IMG/VR virus record: IMGVR_UViG_3300028840_003906
Strand: one strand, 5' to 3'
Length of the DNA: 64,000 nucleotides
Source: a virus
Shown here: positions 27,614 to 36,498 of the stretch, in pieces
Layout of the letters: every line of letters begins with the position of its first letter
Numbering within the stretch: the stretch's first letter is position 1
Made by a program: the position numbers and the translations under genes
Notes under the pieces: model-generated
What the model was told of the DNA's origin: nothing
The model's database searches: none
The model's input: only the letters and a program-made list of their open reading frames with translations

Positions 27614-27621
27614 TTTTCCTG

Positions 27622-27650
27622 TTGAAAAAATCTCTTTTTTGATGTAAATT
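27622..27650 (+). promoter_or_regulatory. sigma70-like promoter
   Basis: TTGAAA-17 nt-TAAATT in an AT-rich intergenic gap. Confidence 0.5.
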
Positions 27651-27668
27651 CTCAGCCCTGTTTGATCG

Positions 27669-28172
27669 ATGGGGAGATCCCAAAGGAGGATGGTTTTGAG
27701 CGATATCGTGAGCGTTATCATGGTTGGAATGTTGGGATTGGGGGTGATTTGGGCATTTTGGGGGATGTTCAGGGACAGGAAAGAGCCGGTTGGGGGCCTG
27801 ATTTATGTGGCTTCTCCGTTCACCAGTCCGAGCAAGGAAGTCGAGCGTGCGCGGTACCAGGATGTCGTTGACGCGTGCGCGCGAATGTTCGAGGACGGCT
27901 TCCATGTCATGTCTCCGATTGCACACTGCTATCCGATGTTTGAGCGTGGGAACATGCCAGGCGACTTTGAGTTCTGGAGGGCGTACAACTACGCCGTTCT
28001 CTCCAGGTGCGAGGAGCTGTGGGTCCTGACGATAGATGGATGGAAAGATTCCAAAGGTGTCCAGGGGGAGATCGAGTTCGCGAGGAAACGAGGGATCCCG
28101 ATCGGTTACGTAATATGCGATGTAGGTGGAGTTTGGGAGCTGAGTGATGAAGATGGAAGAAGAACTGCGTAG
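27669..28172 (+). CDS. DUF1937 family (nucleoside 2-deoxyribosyltransferase-like fold) protein with an N-terminal TM segment
   Basis: IYVASPFT, SPIAHC and LSRCEELWVL..GWKDSKGVQGEIEFA motifs. Confidence 0.82.
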   Translation: MGRSQRRMVLSDIVSVIMVGMLGLGVIWAFWGMFRDRKEPVGGLIYVASPFTSPSKEVERARYQDVVDACARMFEDGFHVMSPIAHCYPMFERGNMPGDFEFWRAYNYAVLSRCEELWVLTIDGWKDSKGVQGEIEFARKRGIPIGYVICDVGGVWELSDEDGRRTA

Positions 28173-28503
28173 GCTGAAGGAAGAGAACGAGAAGCTGAAA
28201 GGGGCCGCTATTGAGTCCGTGTTCGCGGACTTGATCCTGAATGTGGCGGCGAGGCACCCGGGGGCGAGAATTTGGATCGATGTCCCGAGTGATAGCTTCA
28301 AGGCGATCGTCCTTCATGTTGGCGTTCAGAGGGACGGGAAGATTTACAGGGCTCAGAGGGCCGTGACGGCTGAAGAGATTGGTGAATGTAGGGTTAACAT
28401 CTGGGCTGATACCGTCGATCAGGTTTGCGAGGATCTTGAGGTGGAGATCAATAGGGCGAACTCAAGTTCGTCAAACGGAAGTGATGGAGGACTAAGGGAA
28501 TGA
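28144..28503 (+). CDS. hypothetical protein
   Basis: GGGAG RBS. Confidence 0.65.
   Translation: MMKMEEELRRLKEENEKLKGAAIESVFADLILNVAARHPGARIWIDVPSDSFKAIVLHVGVQRDGKIYRAQRAVTAEEIGECRVNIWADTVDQVCEDLEVEINRANSSSSNGSDGGLRE
28456..28471. repeat. 16-bp near-palindrome, copy 10
   Basis: gCGAACTCAAGTTCGt; 3' end of a CDS. Confidence 0.95.
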
Positions 28504-29084
28504 TCATCTACGGTGGAACGAGGGAGCAGATTGAGCAGCAGCTGGAGTGCGATCACGATTGGCACGGACCCTGTATGGACGACAAGTACCGTTACATGAA
28601 GTGCGGGAAGTGCTTCTGCGTGGATCGGGACATCATGGTGAACGACGAGAAGGGTGCCCTGGAGCATATCCCGGCCACGGCTAGAGAGGTCGAGGAGACG
28701 CACGATCTTATTCATGAGGTTGAGCAGCTACGCGCGCGCAGGAAGGAGACCTTGGTTCTGAACGAGAAGCTCCGCGAGGAGCGGTATGAGTTGCTGGCGG
28801 AGATTGATCGACAACTCGGAACGTTCAATGCGGAGAAGATGACCAAGCAATTGAAGGCCCCTGCCGAGAATGCTCTCTACGATCTGATTGACGAGAACCT
28901 GAGAAAAGATGCGGTCATCGAGGAGCTGAACAAGCATGCCGTGAATGCATCGATCCGGAGTTGGGTTGATGAGAATTGGCAGCCGTGTCCGAAGTGCAAC
29001 ATGCGTGGTTTCACGTTCGGTATTCGGTGCCAGGAGTGCAGCGGCATCGGGCGTGTGAAGGGTGAACCTGTTCCTGTTGATTGA
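28500..29084 (+). CDS. hypothetical protein with zinc-binding motifs
   Basis: CDHDW...CGKC and CPKC...CQECSG. Confidence 0.68.
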   Translation: MIIYGGTREQIEQQLECDHDWHGPCMDDKYRYMKCGKCFCVDRDIMVNDEKGALEHIPATAREVEETHDLIHEVEQLRARRKETLVLNEKLREERYELLAEIDRQLGTFNAEKMTKQLKAPAENALYDLIDENLRKDAVIEELNKHAVNASIRSWVDENWQPCPKCNMRGFTFGIRCQECSGIGRVKGEPVPVD

Positions 29085-29497
29085 TCCAGAAGGGCGGTGG
29101 TGCCGTGACAGATGTCCGCTCTCAGAGGATTTGGAAATGGGCAAGCTACAAGGTTAAGAGCGGCAAATGCAGGTTCTTGGGCTGTGAAAATGATGAGGTT
29201 GCAGAAACAGCTGAGGGTGACATGTGCCTGGATCACTACATTGGGCTTCCGGCCTGTGAGGAGTGCGGTGGTCCTGCATGCGGATCAATGGAACCGATCC
29301 GGTGCATGTCTTGCCAGGATATGAGCGAGACAACCCGGGCACTCACTGCAACGTTCTCTTCGCTGGAGAACGAGGGTGGGTTGTTGGATTCAGCGTATGG
29401 GGTGCGGAAGGAGATCCGGCCCTTTGAGAAAAGGATAGGACGTGCAGAGTTGGTTTCGTGGGCGAAAGCGATCATGCGGAGATCTGAAGCAGGATGA
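29081..29497 (+). CDS. Cys-rich protein, tandem paralog 1
   Basis: W.+YKV..GKCR..C...CL.HY..LP.C.ECG motif. Confidence 0.68.
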   Translation: MIQKGGGAVTDVRSQRIWKWASYKVKSGKCRFLGCENDEVAETAEGDMCLDHYIGLPACEECGGPACGSMEPIRCMSCQDMSETTRALTATFSSLENEGGLLDSAYGVRKEIRPFEKRIGRAELVSWAKAIMRRSEAG

Positions 29498-29506
29498 GGT
29501 GGAGAA

Positions 29507-29872
29507 TTGAGCGAGAAGAGGTCGGAGCGGGTGCGGGAGTGGGCGCGATACAAGGTGAGGATGGGTAAGTGCCGGGAGCAGTCTTGTAATGTGGAGATCG
29601 TTTCAGAGACGCCAGAGGGGCGCCTGTGCCTCGAACACTACTGCAGGCTCCCGTCATGCGTGGAGTGTGGAAAGGCGGCCTCAGGAGGGGCTCGTCTTTG
29701 CGCTGAGTGCGAGAAGAAGAGGGATGAAGCGCTTGGGATGACATCCTCTTTGAGCTACCACGAGGAGGTGTCCGGGCATGATACGATTGGAATGGGTGGC
29801 ATGAATCAGATGCGAAGGAGAATGTGGGGAACGAACCCCGATGGGTCGAAGAAGAAAAAGAAAGCGAGTTGA
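29507..29872 (+). CDS. Cys-rich protein, tandem paralog 2
   Basis: Same motif as 29081..29497. Confidence 0.68.
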   Translation: MSEKRSERVREWARYKVRMGKCREQSCNVEIVSETPEGRLCLEHYCRLPSCVECGKAASGGARLCAECEKKRDEALGMTSSLSYHEEVSGHDTIGMGGMNQMRRRMWGTNPDGSKKKKKAS

Positions 29873-29875
29873 AAT

Positions 29876-30139
29876 ATGGCACGGGCTATTGTTGGCGCTG
29901 CTGATGCGATTGCACAGAAGGACGAGTCCGATCGTAAGATGAGGCAGGCGGTTTTGGATGCGTTGAAGGAGGAGTTTCCGTGGGGGTGCAGGGTCATGTC
30001 GGAAGATATGACTGCAACGGTTGTGGGTTGGTATGCAGATCGTCTTGTCGTTCTGGATGGTGACAATGGGCTCGGGAGTATTCAGGTGACTCAGCATGAT
30101 GGGCGTCTGAGTGTCGCGAAGCTGGATGATGGAGAGTGA
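29876..30139 (+). CDS. hypothetical protein
   Basis: ORF track; packed in operon. Confidence 0.6.
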   Translation: MARAIVGAADAIAQKDESDRKMRQAVLDALKEEFPWGCRVMSEDMTATVVGWYADRLVVLDGDNGLGSIQVTQHDGRLSVAKLDDGE

Positions 30140-30140
30140 G

Positions 30141-30377
30141 ATGCTCTACAGAAACAAGACGTGCATCGTTTGTCGGGAGAGGGGCACCTGGGAGGACTTT
30201 GGGTCGACGTGCCCATCTTGCAGGCGGGAAGCCGAAGAAGAGAAGAAGAGGGAGCACCTTGAGGCGCTAAAGAAGCTCTCGGTTGAGGAGCGTCTCGCGA
30301 GGATCGAGGAGCAGTTGTACGACCGTCCGTGGTCGAAGATGGGCTGGAGACCAGAGCCAAGATTGGGTGGACAATGA
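30141..30377 (+). CDS. small zinc-ribbon protein
   Basis: CIVC...CPSC; GGAGAG RBS. Confidence 0.6.
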   Translation: MLYRNKTCIVCRERGTWEDFGSTCPSCRREAEEEKKREHLEALKKLSVEERLARIEEQLYDRPWSKMGWRPEPRLGGQ

Positions 30378-31342
30378 GCAAGCATCACATCATTTATCAC
30401 AACGACGCGGATGGGTACGCTTCGGCTGCGATTGCGTATCGTTTCCTGACAATGGAGAAGGATAACAGGGTTCCCGAGGATGACGTTGTCTTTCATCCGT
30501 TCACCTATGGTATGCGGTTCCCTGGCGAGATCGACAGAATGAGAGATCTTGTCTACATACTCGACTTCAGTTTTCAGCCGGAGGGATTGATGGTGGAATT
30601 GGCTGAAGATTTTGGTGGTCGATTGGTTTGGATCGATCATCATCAGACGAGCTTGGATGCAGAAGAGGAGCACCATGAGCTGGGGAGGGTTCCTGGGATG
30701 CGACGTGTAGTCTGGTCGGAGTCTGTGCCGGATCCGATTTCTGGGTGCGAATTGGCGTGGGCTCACTTTTTCATGTTGGACAATCCTCCGTTCGTAATCA
30801 GGATGATTGGGGACTGGGATGTCTGGAGGTGGAAGGAAAAGGATGAGTTGACGCAGAAGTATGTGCAGGGGCTGCAGTATTACTTGAAGGCGTCTGGTGC
30901 GGACCCCAAGGATGATCATGCTCTTGGCATGTGGCTCGGGATGATGGAGTTGACGAAAACTGACATTGTTCGATCTTGTTGTGAGCCAGGGATCAAAGTG
31001 ATGGAGTACCAGAAGCGGGAATGGCGCAAGATGATGGGGGAGAGATCCTTCGAGGCAACGTTTGCCGGGATGAATGCGATCGTTGTGAACGAGAAGGGGA
31101 ACTCCACCATGTTCGACGGGTTCTACGATCCGGAGAAGCACACCGTCATGGTCGCATTCCATATGACCGGGCTCAATGTGACCGTTTCGATGTACACGGA
31201 GAAGACCGAGGATCTTCGCCTTGGAAGGATTGCGAAATCACTCGGGGAGAAGGCTGGGAGCAAGTCCGGTGGTGGACATGCTGGCGCTGCTGGGTTCCAG
31301 TGCGACCTTCAGTTTTTTGAGAAGATCTGCCAGGTGAAATAG
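30374..31342 (+). CDS. DHH/DHHA1 family phosphoesterase
   Basis: YHNDADG, ILDFS, WIDHH and GGGHAGAAGF motifs. Confidence 0.92.
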   Translation: MSKHHIIYHNDADGYASAAIAYRFLTMEKDNRVPEDDVVFHPFTYGMRFPGEIDRMRDLVYILDFSFQPEGLMVELAEDFGGRLVWIDHHQTSLDAEEEHHELGRVPGMRRVVWSESVPDPISGCELAWAHFFMLDNPPFVIRMIGDWDVWRWKEKDELTQKYVQGLQYYLKASGADPKDDHALGMWLGMMELTKTDIVRSCCEPGIKVMEYQKREWRKMMGERSFEATFAGMNAIVVNEKGNSTMFDGFYDPEKHTVMVAFHMTGLNVTVSMYTEKTEDLRLGRIAKSLGEKAGSKSGGGHAGAAGFQCDLQFFEKICQVK

Positions 31343-31351
31343 GAGGGTGAA

Positions 31352-31585
31352 ATGGGAAGGGGATATTCGGACGAGAAGGGCTCGTATCCTGGGTTGGCGG
31401 GGTGGATGGAATGGCTTTTTTGGAGGAAGCTATGTGTTCGGCCAGACTGGGGGTGTGAGTGGGATGGGCAGAAGTGGTTCGAATTCCTCCGGATCAGGAG
31501 CCTTGTCGGGTGGTGGTACAACTTCACCGGAAGGATCGCGTCCAAGTTTCACAAGATGAATTGTCCGAAGTGCGCGGGCCGTTGA
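31352..31585 (+). CDS. hypothetical protein
   Basis: GGAGGGTG RBS. Confidence 0.55.
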   Translation: MGRGYSDEKGSYPGLAGWMEWLFWRKLCVRPDWGCEWDGQKWFEFLRIRSLVGWWYNFTGRIASKFHKMNCPKCAGR

Positions 31586-31601
31586 GGCCCAGGAGGAAGA
31601 G

Positions 31602-31922
31602 ATGTATTTTTGTGGTGAGTACGTTTTCGACAAGACGCATTGGTTTGTGGAGATCCCGGCCCTGGGAGTGCAGAGCCAGGGGTTCACTCCCGAGGATGCG
31701 ATGGTCATGGTGTGCGATGCCGTGATGAACCTGGTGAACGAGGACGGGTTCGTGGTCGAGGCGTACCGCGATCCGAGCCTGGGTGAAAGGAACTTCCGGA
31801 TCAAGGCGAACAATCCGGACCTCTTGGCGTTGTTCCATACGTTCAGGGAGTCGATCGGCAATCCGGATGTGCCGGTGCGGCGCTGGGAAGATGTGAAGGC
31901 TGAGTTTTTTGAGCGAACTTGA
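31602..31922 (+). CDS. HicB-like protein
   Basis: WFVEIPALGVQSQGFTPEDAMVMVCDAV matches the HicB N-terminal fold pattern. Confidence 0.65.
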   Translation: MYFCGEYVFDKTHWFVEIPALGVQSQGFTPEDAMVMVCDAVMNLVNEDGFVVEAYRDPSLGERNFRIKANNPDLLALFHTFRESIGNPDVPVRRWEDVKAEFFERT

Positions 31923-31928
31923 GTTCGC
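31913..31928. repeat. 16-bp near-palindrome, copy 11
   Basis: gCGAACTTGAGTTCGc; contains the TGA stop of the HicB-like gene. Confidence 0.95.
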
Positions 31929-31941
31929 GGGAGGTTGAGAG

Positions 31942-32211
31942 ATGGCGGCTGCAATTGATAGAGTTGTCGAAATGGTCGAGAGTGCTCGTGAGCTGAGGAC
32001 GAGTGATCTGATTGATCTGATCACGGGAGTTGGGTCCATCCTGAAAGGGAGGGAAGGGGCCATACTTTCTGAGTCGTACGTGTCAGTTGAGGTCCCAGAT
32101 GAGCACTCGGGTGTGGTTGGGATGTATATTCAAAGGAGGCCCGGGCCAATAAAGACGGTGAAGATCAATCTCATGTTCAACAGGAAGCACATAGGGGAAG
32201 GTGGAGATTGA
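31942..32211 (+). CDS. hypothetical protein
   Basis: GGAGG RBS after a palindrome copy. Confidence 0.65.
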   Translation: MAAAIDRVVEMVESARELRTSDLIDLITGVGSILKGREGAILSESYVSVEVPDEHSGVVGMYIQRRPGPIKTVKINLMFNRKHIGEGGD

Positions 32212-32498
32212 TGCCGAAGTATAGAAAGAAGCCGGTGGTGATTGAGGCGTTTCAGTTCACCGAGGATGCGTCGCATGATCGGGACAATTGGCCGGAGTGG
32301 CTCAAGATGGCGTGGTTTGATTATGGGTATGGTGCTCCTGGCGGTCTGTGGTTAATGGGTTCGACGTGGTACTGTGGAACACTGGAGGGGCAAAACAAGA
32401 TAACGCTTGGTGATTTCATCATCCAGGGGGTGGATGGCGAGATCTATCCGTGCAAGCCGGATATCTTCCACCGGACATATGAGGCTGTTGGTGGGTGA
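32208..32498 (+). CDS. conserved phage hypothetical protein
   Basis: YRKKPVVIEAFQF...GDFIIQGVDGEIYPCKPDIFHRTY, a widespread phage family. Confidence 0.8.
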   Translation: MMPKYRKKPVVIEAFQFTEDASHDRDNWPEWLKMAWFDYGYGAPGGLWLMGSTWYCGTLEGQNKITLGDFIIQGVDGEIYPCKPDIFHRTYEAVGG

Positions 32499-32811
32499 CG
32501 GTGTTGTTTCTGTCGTTGACTTCAAGAACAAGCAGGCGATTGATCTGAAGGACAAGCCGGTCGGCGGATGCAACCACATGCGGCTGAGCGTTGATCCTGT
32601 GCTCCGGGTGGTTGAGTGCTCTCTGTGTGGGGCAAAGCTGGATCCTGTTCAGGTGCTTGTTGAGTTCGCGAAGCGAGAGAGGCGCATGAGTTATACGCGC
32701 CAAGCCTACGAGGATGCTCGGAAGAAGACCCAGGATCTGTCTGCGGAAGAGAGGCGCATCAAGGCTAGGATCCGTCGCGCGGAAAAGAAGCTGAAGGGGA
32801 TCGAAGGTTGA
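32491..32811 (+). CDS. zinc-ribbon plus coiled-coil phage protein
   Basis: CNH...VECSLCGAKLDP. Confidence 0.68.
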   Translation: MGDGVVSVVDFKNKQAIDLKDKPVGGCNHMRLSVDPVLRVVECSLCGAKLDPVQVLVEFAKRERRMSYTRQAYEDARKKTQDLSAEERRIKARIRRAEKKLKGIEG

Positions 32812-33272
32812 GTGAAATCCAGTACAAAATAGAACATCAGATGCAACCGGATCAGAAGTCCTGCGTGTCCACATGCGTGGCTATGCTGTTGGGGGTCCCG
32901 GCCACGGGTCAGCAGCTTGTCAGATTCCAGGGCGACTACTTCGATGATAGAGAGACGGCGTCCTCGTTTCTGCGCAGGAAGGGCATGAAGAACCGGGCGC
33001 TCTTGACCGAGGATCGCACGATGAACTTCGGGCGCGTCTACATCCTGTCGGTCCCATCGCTGAACAACGTTGGTGGAATGCATGCGATCGTCGTTGACAT
33101 GCGGGACGTGATGGAGATCTATGACCCGCAGAAAGGGACCGGGAAGAAGTACTACGGGACGGACGGCGACGGGCAGGAGTTGGTTTCGTACAACCTGGAT
33201 GTGGTCGTGGATTGCTACGATCACTACCGGGATAAGATGGATCGTGAAAAAAGGAGAATGCAGGATGAGTAG
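32808..33272 (+). CDS. C39-like papain-fold peptidase
   Basis: Q...SCVSTCVAMLLG catalytic Cys, then MHAIVVD and IYDP. Confidence 0.7.
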   Translation: MSEIQYKIEHQMQPDQKSCVSTCVAMLLGVPATGQQLVRFQGDYFDDRETASSFLRRKGMKNRALLTEDRTMNFGRVYILSVPSLNNVGGMHAIVVDMRDVMEIYDPQKGTGKKYYGTDGDGQELVSYNLDVVVDCYDHYRDKMDREKRRMQDE

Positions 33273-33537
33273 TGGAGTTGAGAGCAGAAGTGTTGCGACG
33301 TTGCATGGTGTTCTTCGTGTTGAGAGGGATGAACCTTTGCCGAGGGTGATGTTTGTGGTTGCGAAAGATGGAGATGGAGAAGTTGATGCACGCAATTTTG
33401 TTTTGTTGTCGGCGCTTTCTCCTGAGCTGCAGAAGGCTGTGAGAGATGAGTTCCGGGAGAAGTCGGTTACGTCAAGGGATATGATTGATCAGCTTCATCC
33501 GGAAACGCAGGAAGAACTCAAGATGGGAAGGATCTAG
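33265..33537 (+). CDS. hypothetical protein
   Basis: AAGGAG RBS. Confidence 0.58.
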   Translation: MSSGVESRSVATLHGVLRVERDEPLPRVMFVVAKDGDGEVDARNFVLLSALSPELQKAVRDEFREKSVTSRDMIDQLHPETQEELKMGRI

Positions 33538-34059
33538 ATGGAAGGCTGTCAGAGATGCATCATGTTTGATGGTGGTGTTTCGGGTGCTCGTTTTAGCGAG
33601 GACAGGATCTACAGATACAAGCTCTGGAGGATGTGGGATCCGGCGAAGGACTCTGTGGTGTTCGTTGGTCTCAACCCTTCCACGGCTGATGAGAATGTCG
33701 ATGATCCAACGGTGAGACGGTGCATTGGATATGCGAAGGATTGGGGGTACGGGTCGATTTTCATGCTCAACATCTTTGCTTTTAGGGCGACAGATCCACG
33801 GGAGATGAAGTTGTCAGAGGATCCTGTTGGGGCAATGAATGATTCGTTCTTGGTAGAGGCGTCCAAGGGTTCTGGGTTGGTAGTTGGGTGCTGGGGGGCG
33901 CATGGTGGTCATCTCGGGCGCGGGAGAGCTGTTCTTGAAATGATGAGAGAAAACGGGATTCGAGTTCATTGCCTCGGGTTGACAAAGGCAGGTCATCCGA
34001 AGCATCCGCTGTACCTGAGAAAAGACTTGGTTCCTGTTCTGATGAATGGAGAAGGTTGA
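33538..34059 (+). CDS. DUF1643 family protein
   Basis: YRYKLWRMWD, FVGLNPSTAD..DDPTVRRC, NIFAFRATDP and HPKHPLY motifs. Confidence 0.92.
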   Translation: MEGCQRCIMFDGGVSGARFSEDRIYRYKLWRMWDPAKDSVVFVGLNPSTADENVDDPTVRRCIGYAKDWGYGSIFMLNIFAFRATDPREMKLSEDPVGAMNDSFLVEASKGSGLVVGCWGAHGGHLGRGRAVLEMMRENGIRVHCLGLTKAGHPKHPLYLRKDLVPVLMNGEG

Positions 34060-34697
34060 TGACTGGAAGGAACATTGTTGTTTGGTCGGGAGGGGCGGAC
34101 TCGACGCTCGTGTTGAACGACTACGCAGGCGTTTCATCTGAGGATTACCCGGTGGTGGCTCTTTCGGTTGCGGGGCACCGTTTTCTGGGTTCTGAGTTCC
34201 TGAAGGCCCAGGGGAAGGCGCAGGCGGAGTACCTGAAGCTGGCGAAGAAGCGCGGGTACCATATCAGGCACGAAAAGATCCTGTTCTCCGGGAACTACGA
34301 TTGGGGGGTGAAGAAGAACTGCCGTGATGATGGGGCTCCTTCAGCGCAGTCGGTGATGTGGCTCTCTGCCGTGATGAACGTTGTGGGCGAAGGAGACAAG
34401 GTCCATTTCGGCTACATCAAGGGGGACTGCTTCTGGCACTACCGGGAGCAGTTCGAGGCCGCGTTTGGCGCCCTGTGCGCCCTGAAGGGGGTCAAGGCGA
34501 AGTTGAACTATCGCCTGGAGTGGGAAAGGAAGGGGGACGTCTTGAGGAGGCTGAAGGGGGCAAAGATTCCGCAGAGGTGTTGGTTCTCGTGCGAGTATAC
34601 GAAGAATGGAAAGCCGTGTGGGTCGTGTGCGAAGTGCGATGAGATCAAGATGGCGAAGTTGGACTGGCGGTTCAAAAGCAGCAAGAGGCCGGAGTGA
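34059..34697 (+). CDS. queC: QueC-like PP-loop enzyme (7-cyano-7-deazaguanine synthase-like)
   Basis: SGGADS PP-loop and SC.......PCGSCAKC zinc site. Confidence 0.75.
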   Translation: MTGRNIVVWSGGADSTLVLNDYAGVSSEDYPVVALSVAGHRFLGSEFLKAQGKAQAEYLKLAKKRGYHIRHEKILFSGNYDWGVKKNCRDDGAPSAQSVMWLSAVMNVVGEGDKVHFGYIKGDCFWHYREQFEAAFGALCALKGVKAKLNYRLEWERKGDVLRRLKGAKIPQRCWFSCEYTKNGKPCGSCAKCDEIKMAKLDWRFKSSKRPE

Positions 34698-34903
34698 CAA
34701 TGATCAGGGTCGAGACGGGTTGCTACCATGTTACTGTCGAGAATGGGGTTGCGTCGATGCCACCGCGCCCGTATCCAGAGGCTGTGGTTCCGAAAGGTGA
34801 GGTTGTGATCGAATGCGATGGTGTATATGACTGCTTTGTGTTCTCTGGTGGGGATGTTGATCCCAGGAAAAGGGCTGTTGAGCTGGTCGAGGAGAGGTTT
34901 TGA
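34694..34903 (+). CDS. hypothetical protein
   Basis: GTGA overlap. Confidence 0.55.
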   Translation: MTMIRVETGCYHVTVENGVASMPPRPYPEAVVPKGEVVIECDGVYDCFVFSGGDVDPRKRAVELVEERF

Positions 34904-35403
34904 AGATGGGTGATGTGAAGAAGTCAAACATTGGGACGTCGTTTGATTCCTTCCTGGAGGAAGAAGGGATCATGGATGATGTAGATCGGGATGCGCAGAG
35001 GCGAATCAAGAAGATGAAGGGACTGCGATTTAGGATAGTAAAATGTGGTCCTGGTGCGTATTTTGTGCAGCGCAGAAGGTGGTTTGGATGGGAAACGCAG
35101 TGCGGATATCATCGTGGTGCGCCGGGCGACTTTGCATATCGGTATTGTGAGGCAGCGAATCCGTATGCATTGATCGATCACACGATCCCAGATCTGATAA
35201 GTGAGTTTGAGAAGCCGACCTTGCCGAAGGCGAGGGTTAGAGAGATGAGAAGAATGAGGGCGTATCGCCTGAGGGGCATTACAGGTGTTGTCGATCTTGA
35301 AAGGGCAACGAGGAAGCTCCTTGATCATCAGGCCACGAATCCTCCGCATACAGAGTTCGTCCCGCCTGGAGATATTCCTATGGAGTGGGAAGTGTCAATG
35401 TAA
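34900..35403 (+). CDS. hypothetical protein with an antitoxin-like N-terminus
   Basis: NIGTSFDSFLEEEGI resembles the N-terminus of XRE/HigA-type antitoxins. Confidence 0.55.
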   Translation: MKMGDVKKSNIGTSFDSFLEEEGIMDDVDRDAQRRIKKMKGLRFRIVKCGPGAYFVQRRRWFGWETQCGYHRGAPGDFAYRYCEAANPYALIDHTIPDLISEFEKPTLPKARVREMRRMRAYRLRGITGVVDLERATRKLLDHQATNPPHTEFVPPGDIPMEWEVSM

Positions 35404-35452
35404 CGCGTGTCGGGGTAGCAAGATGGTGGATCCTGGGATTCAGGAGAGAGTA

Positions 35453-35782
35453 ATGGCTGATAGTTTTTGGAAGATCATGGCGAAGAAGCGTCGTGAGCAA
35501 CGGCAGGCTCCTGCGGAGTCAGAGGTTCCGCGCCACAAGAGGCGCAAGCCGAAGAGGAAGCGGTACACGGTCGAGATGAAGCGTAGGCCGGAGCAGAAGT
35601 GCTGGTTCTCTTGGCACAAGGAGTGGAGCTGCCACGGGAAGTACGAGACTTTGAAGAGCGCGAAGCAGGCGATGAGGAGTCTGAAGAAGGATCGGCTGTG
35701 GGGGGAATACCTGCACCGGATCGTGGATGATGGGACCGGCCAGGTCCTGGTGACGAATGAAGAGGAGATGCCAGATGAGTAG
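35453..35782 (+). CDS. basic hypothetical protein
   Basis: AGGAG RBS. Confidence 0.62.
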   Translation: MADSFWKIMAKKRREQRQAPAESEVPRHKRRKPKRKRYTVEMKRRPEQKCWFSWHKEWSCHGKYETLKSAKQAMRSLKKDRLWGEYLHRIVDDGTGQVLVTNEEEMPDE

Positions 35783-36080
35783 TGAAGAGAAGCCAAAGAT
35801 TCAGCGACCGAGTGTCAGGCCAAAGGGGCAGGGAATGCGGGGTGAAAATGCGTCATTTGCGATGAATAAAAAGGTGATTCCCATTGCCACGTACAGCACC
35901 ATTGAGAGGGAAGGCGCGTTTCTGGAGGTCTCGCACGGATCTGAACGGGTGCTGGGGCTGAATGTGGTTTTTGCGGACGTGGATCAGATGTGTGCGAGTG
36001 GGGGTTGTGAGTGGTGCGATCGCCTCCGTTCCAGGATTCGATCTCGTGTCGATCCGTCGATGATGAGAGTGGGCAACTGA
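35775..36080 (+). CDS. hypothetical protein
   Basis: GAGGAG RBS. Confidence 0.6.
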   Translation: MSSEEKPKIQRPSVRPKGQGMRGENASFAMNKKVIPIATYSTIEREGAFLEVSHGSERVLGLNVVFADVDQMCASGGCEWCDRLRSRIRSRVDPSMMRVGN

Positions 36081-36132
36081 CGCGGGACTGGCAGAGAACA
36101 GCAAGGGCATGCAAGTGCTCCGGCAAAGGAGA

Positions 36133-36498
36133 ATGAAAATGGTGACAGTTGAGATGATGAAAGAGGCCCTGGAGGGTCATGTCGATGAGCTTCGGAAGAG
36201 CCTGAGCCGGAACAGGAAGCTCCTGAAGTCAGTGGGGAGGTGGCGAGCGACAGTCGATGCTCATCTGGATGCTGCCCGGGTATGCTTTGATGGGTTGGCC
36301 ACAGGTGATCCCGTGGAGGAGATCGAGTACGAGCCGGAGACTGGGAAGCCATACGTGTGCATCGTCCTTCCTGTGAAAGAGGACCTGGAGGCGGTCCTGG
36401 CGGCGAACCAGGAGTACTACAAGAGGATCAGCCGTCACAACTTCTCCGACATGGTTGTGCTCAGCGTGGTTCCCGGGAAGGATGGAGAGGATGGTTGA
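36133..36498 (+). CDS. hypothetical protein
   Basis: AAGGAG RBS. Confidence 0.65.
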   Translation: MKMVTVEMMKEALEGHVDELRKSLSRNRKLLKSVGRWRATVDAHLDAARVCFDGLATGDPVEEIEYEPETGKPYVCIVLPVKEDLEAVLAANQEYYKRISRHNFSDMVVLSVVPGKDGEDG

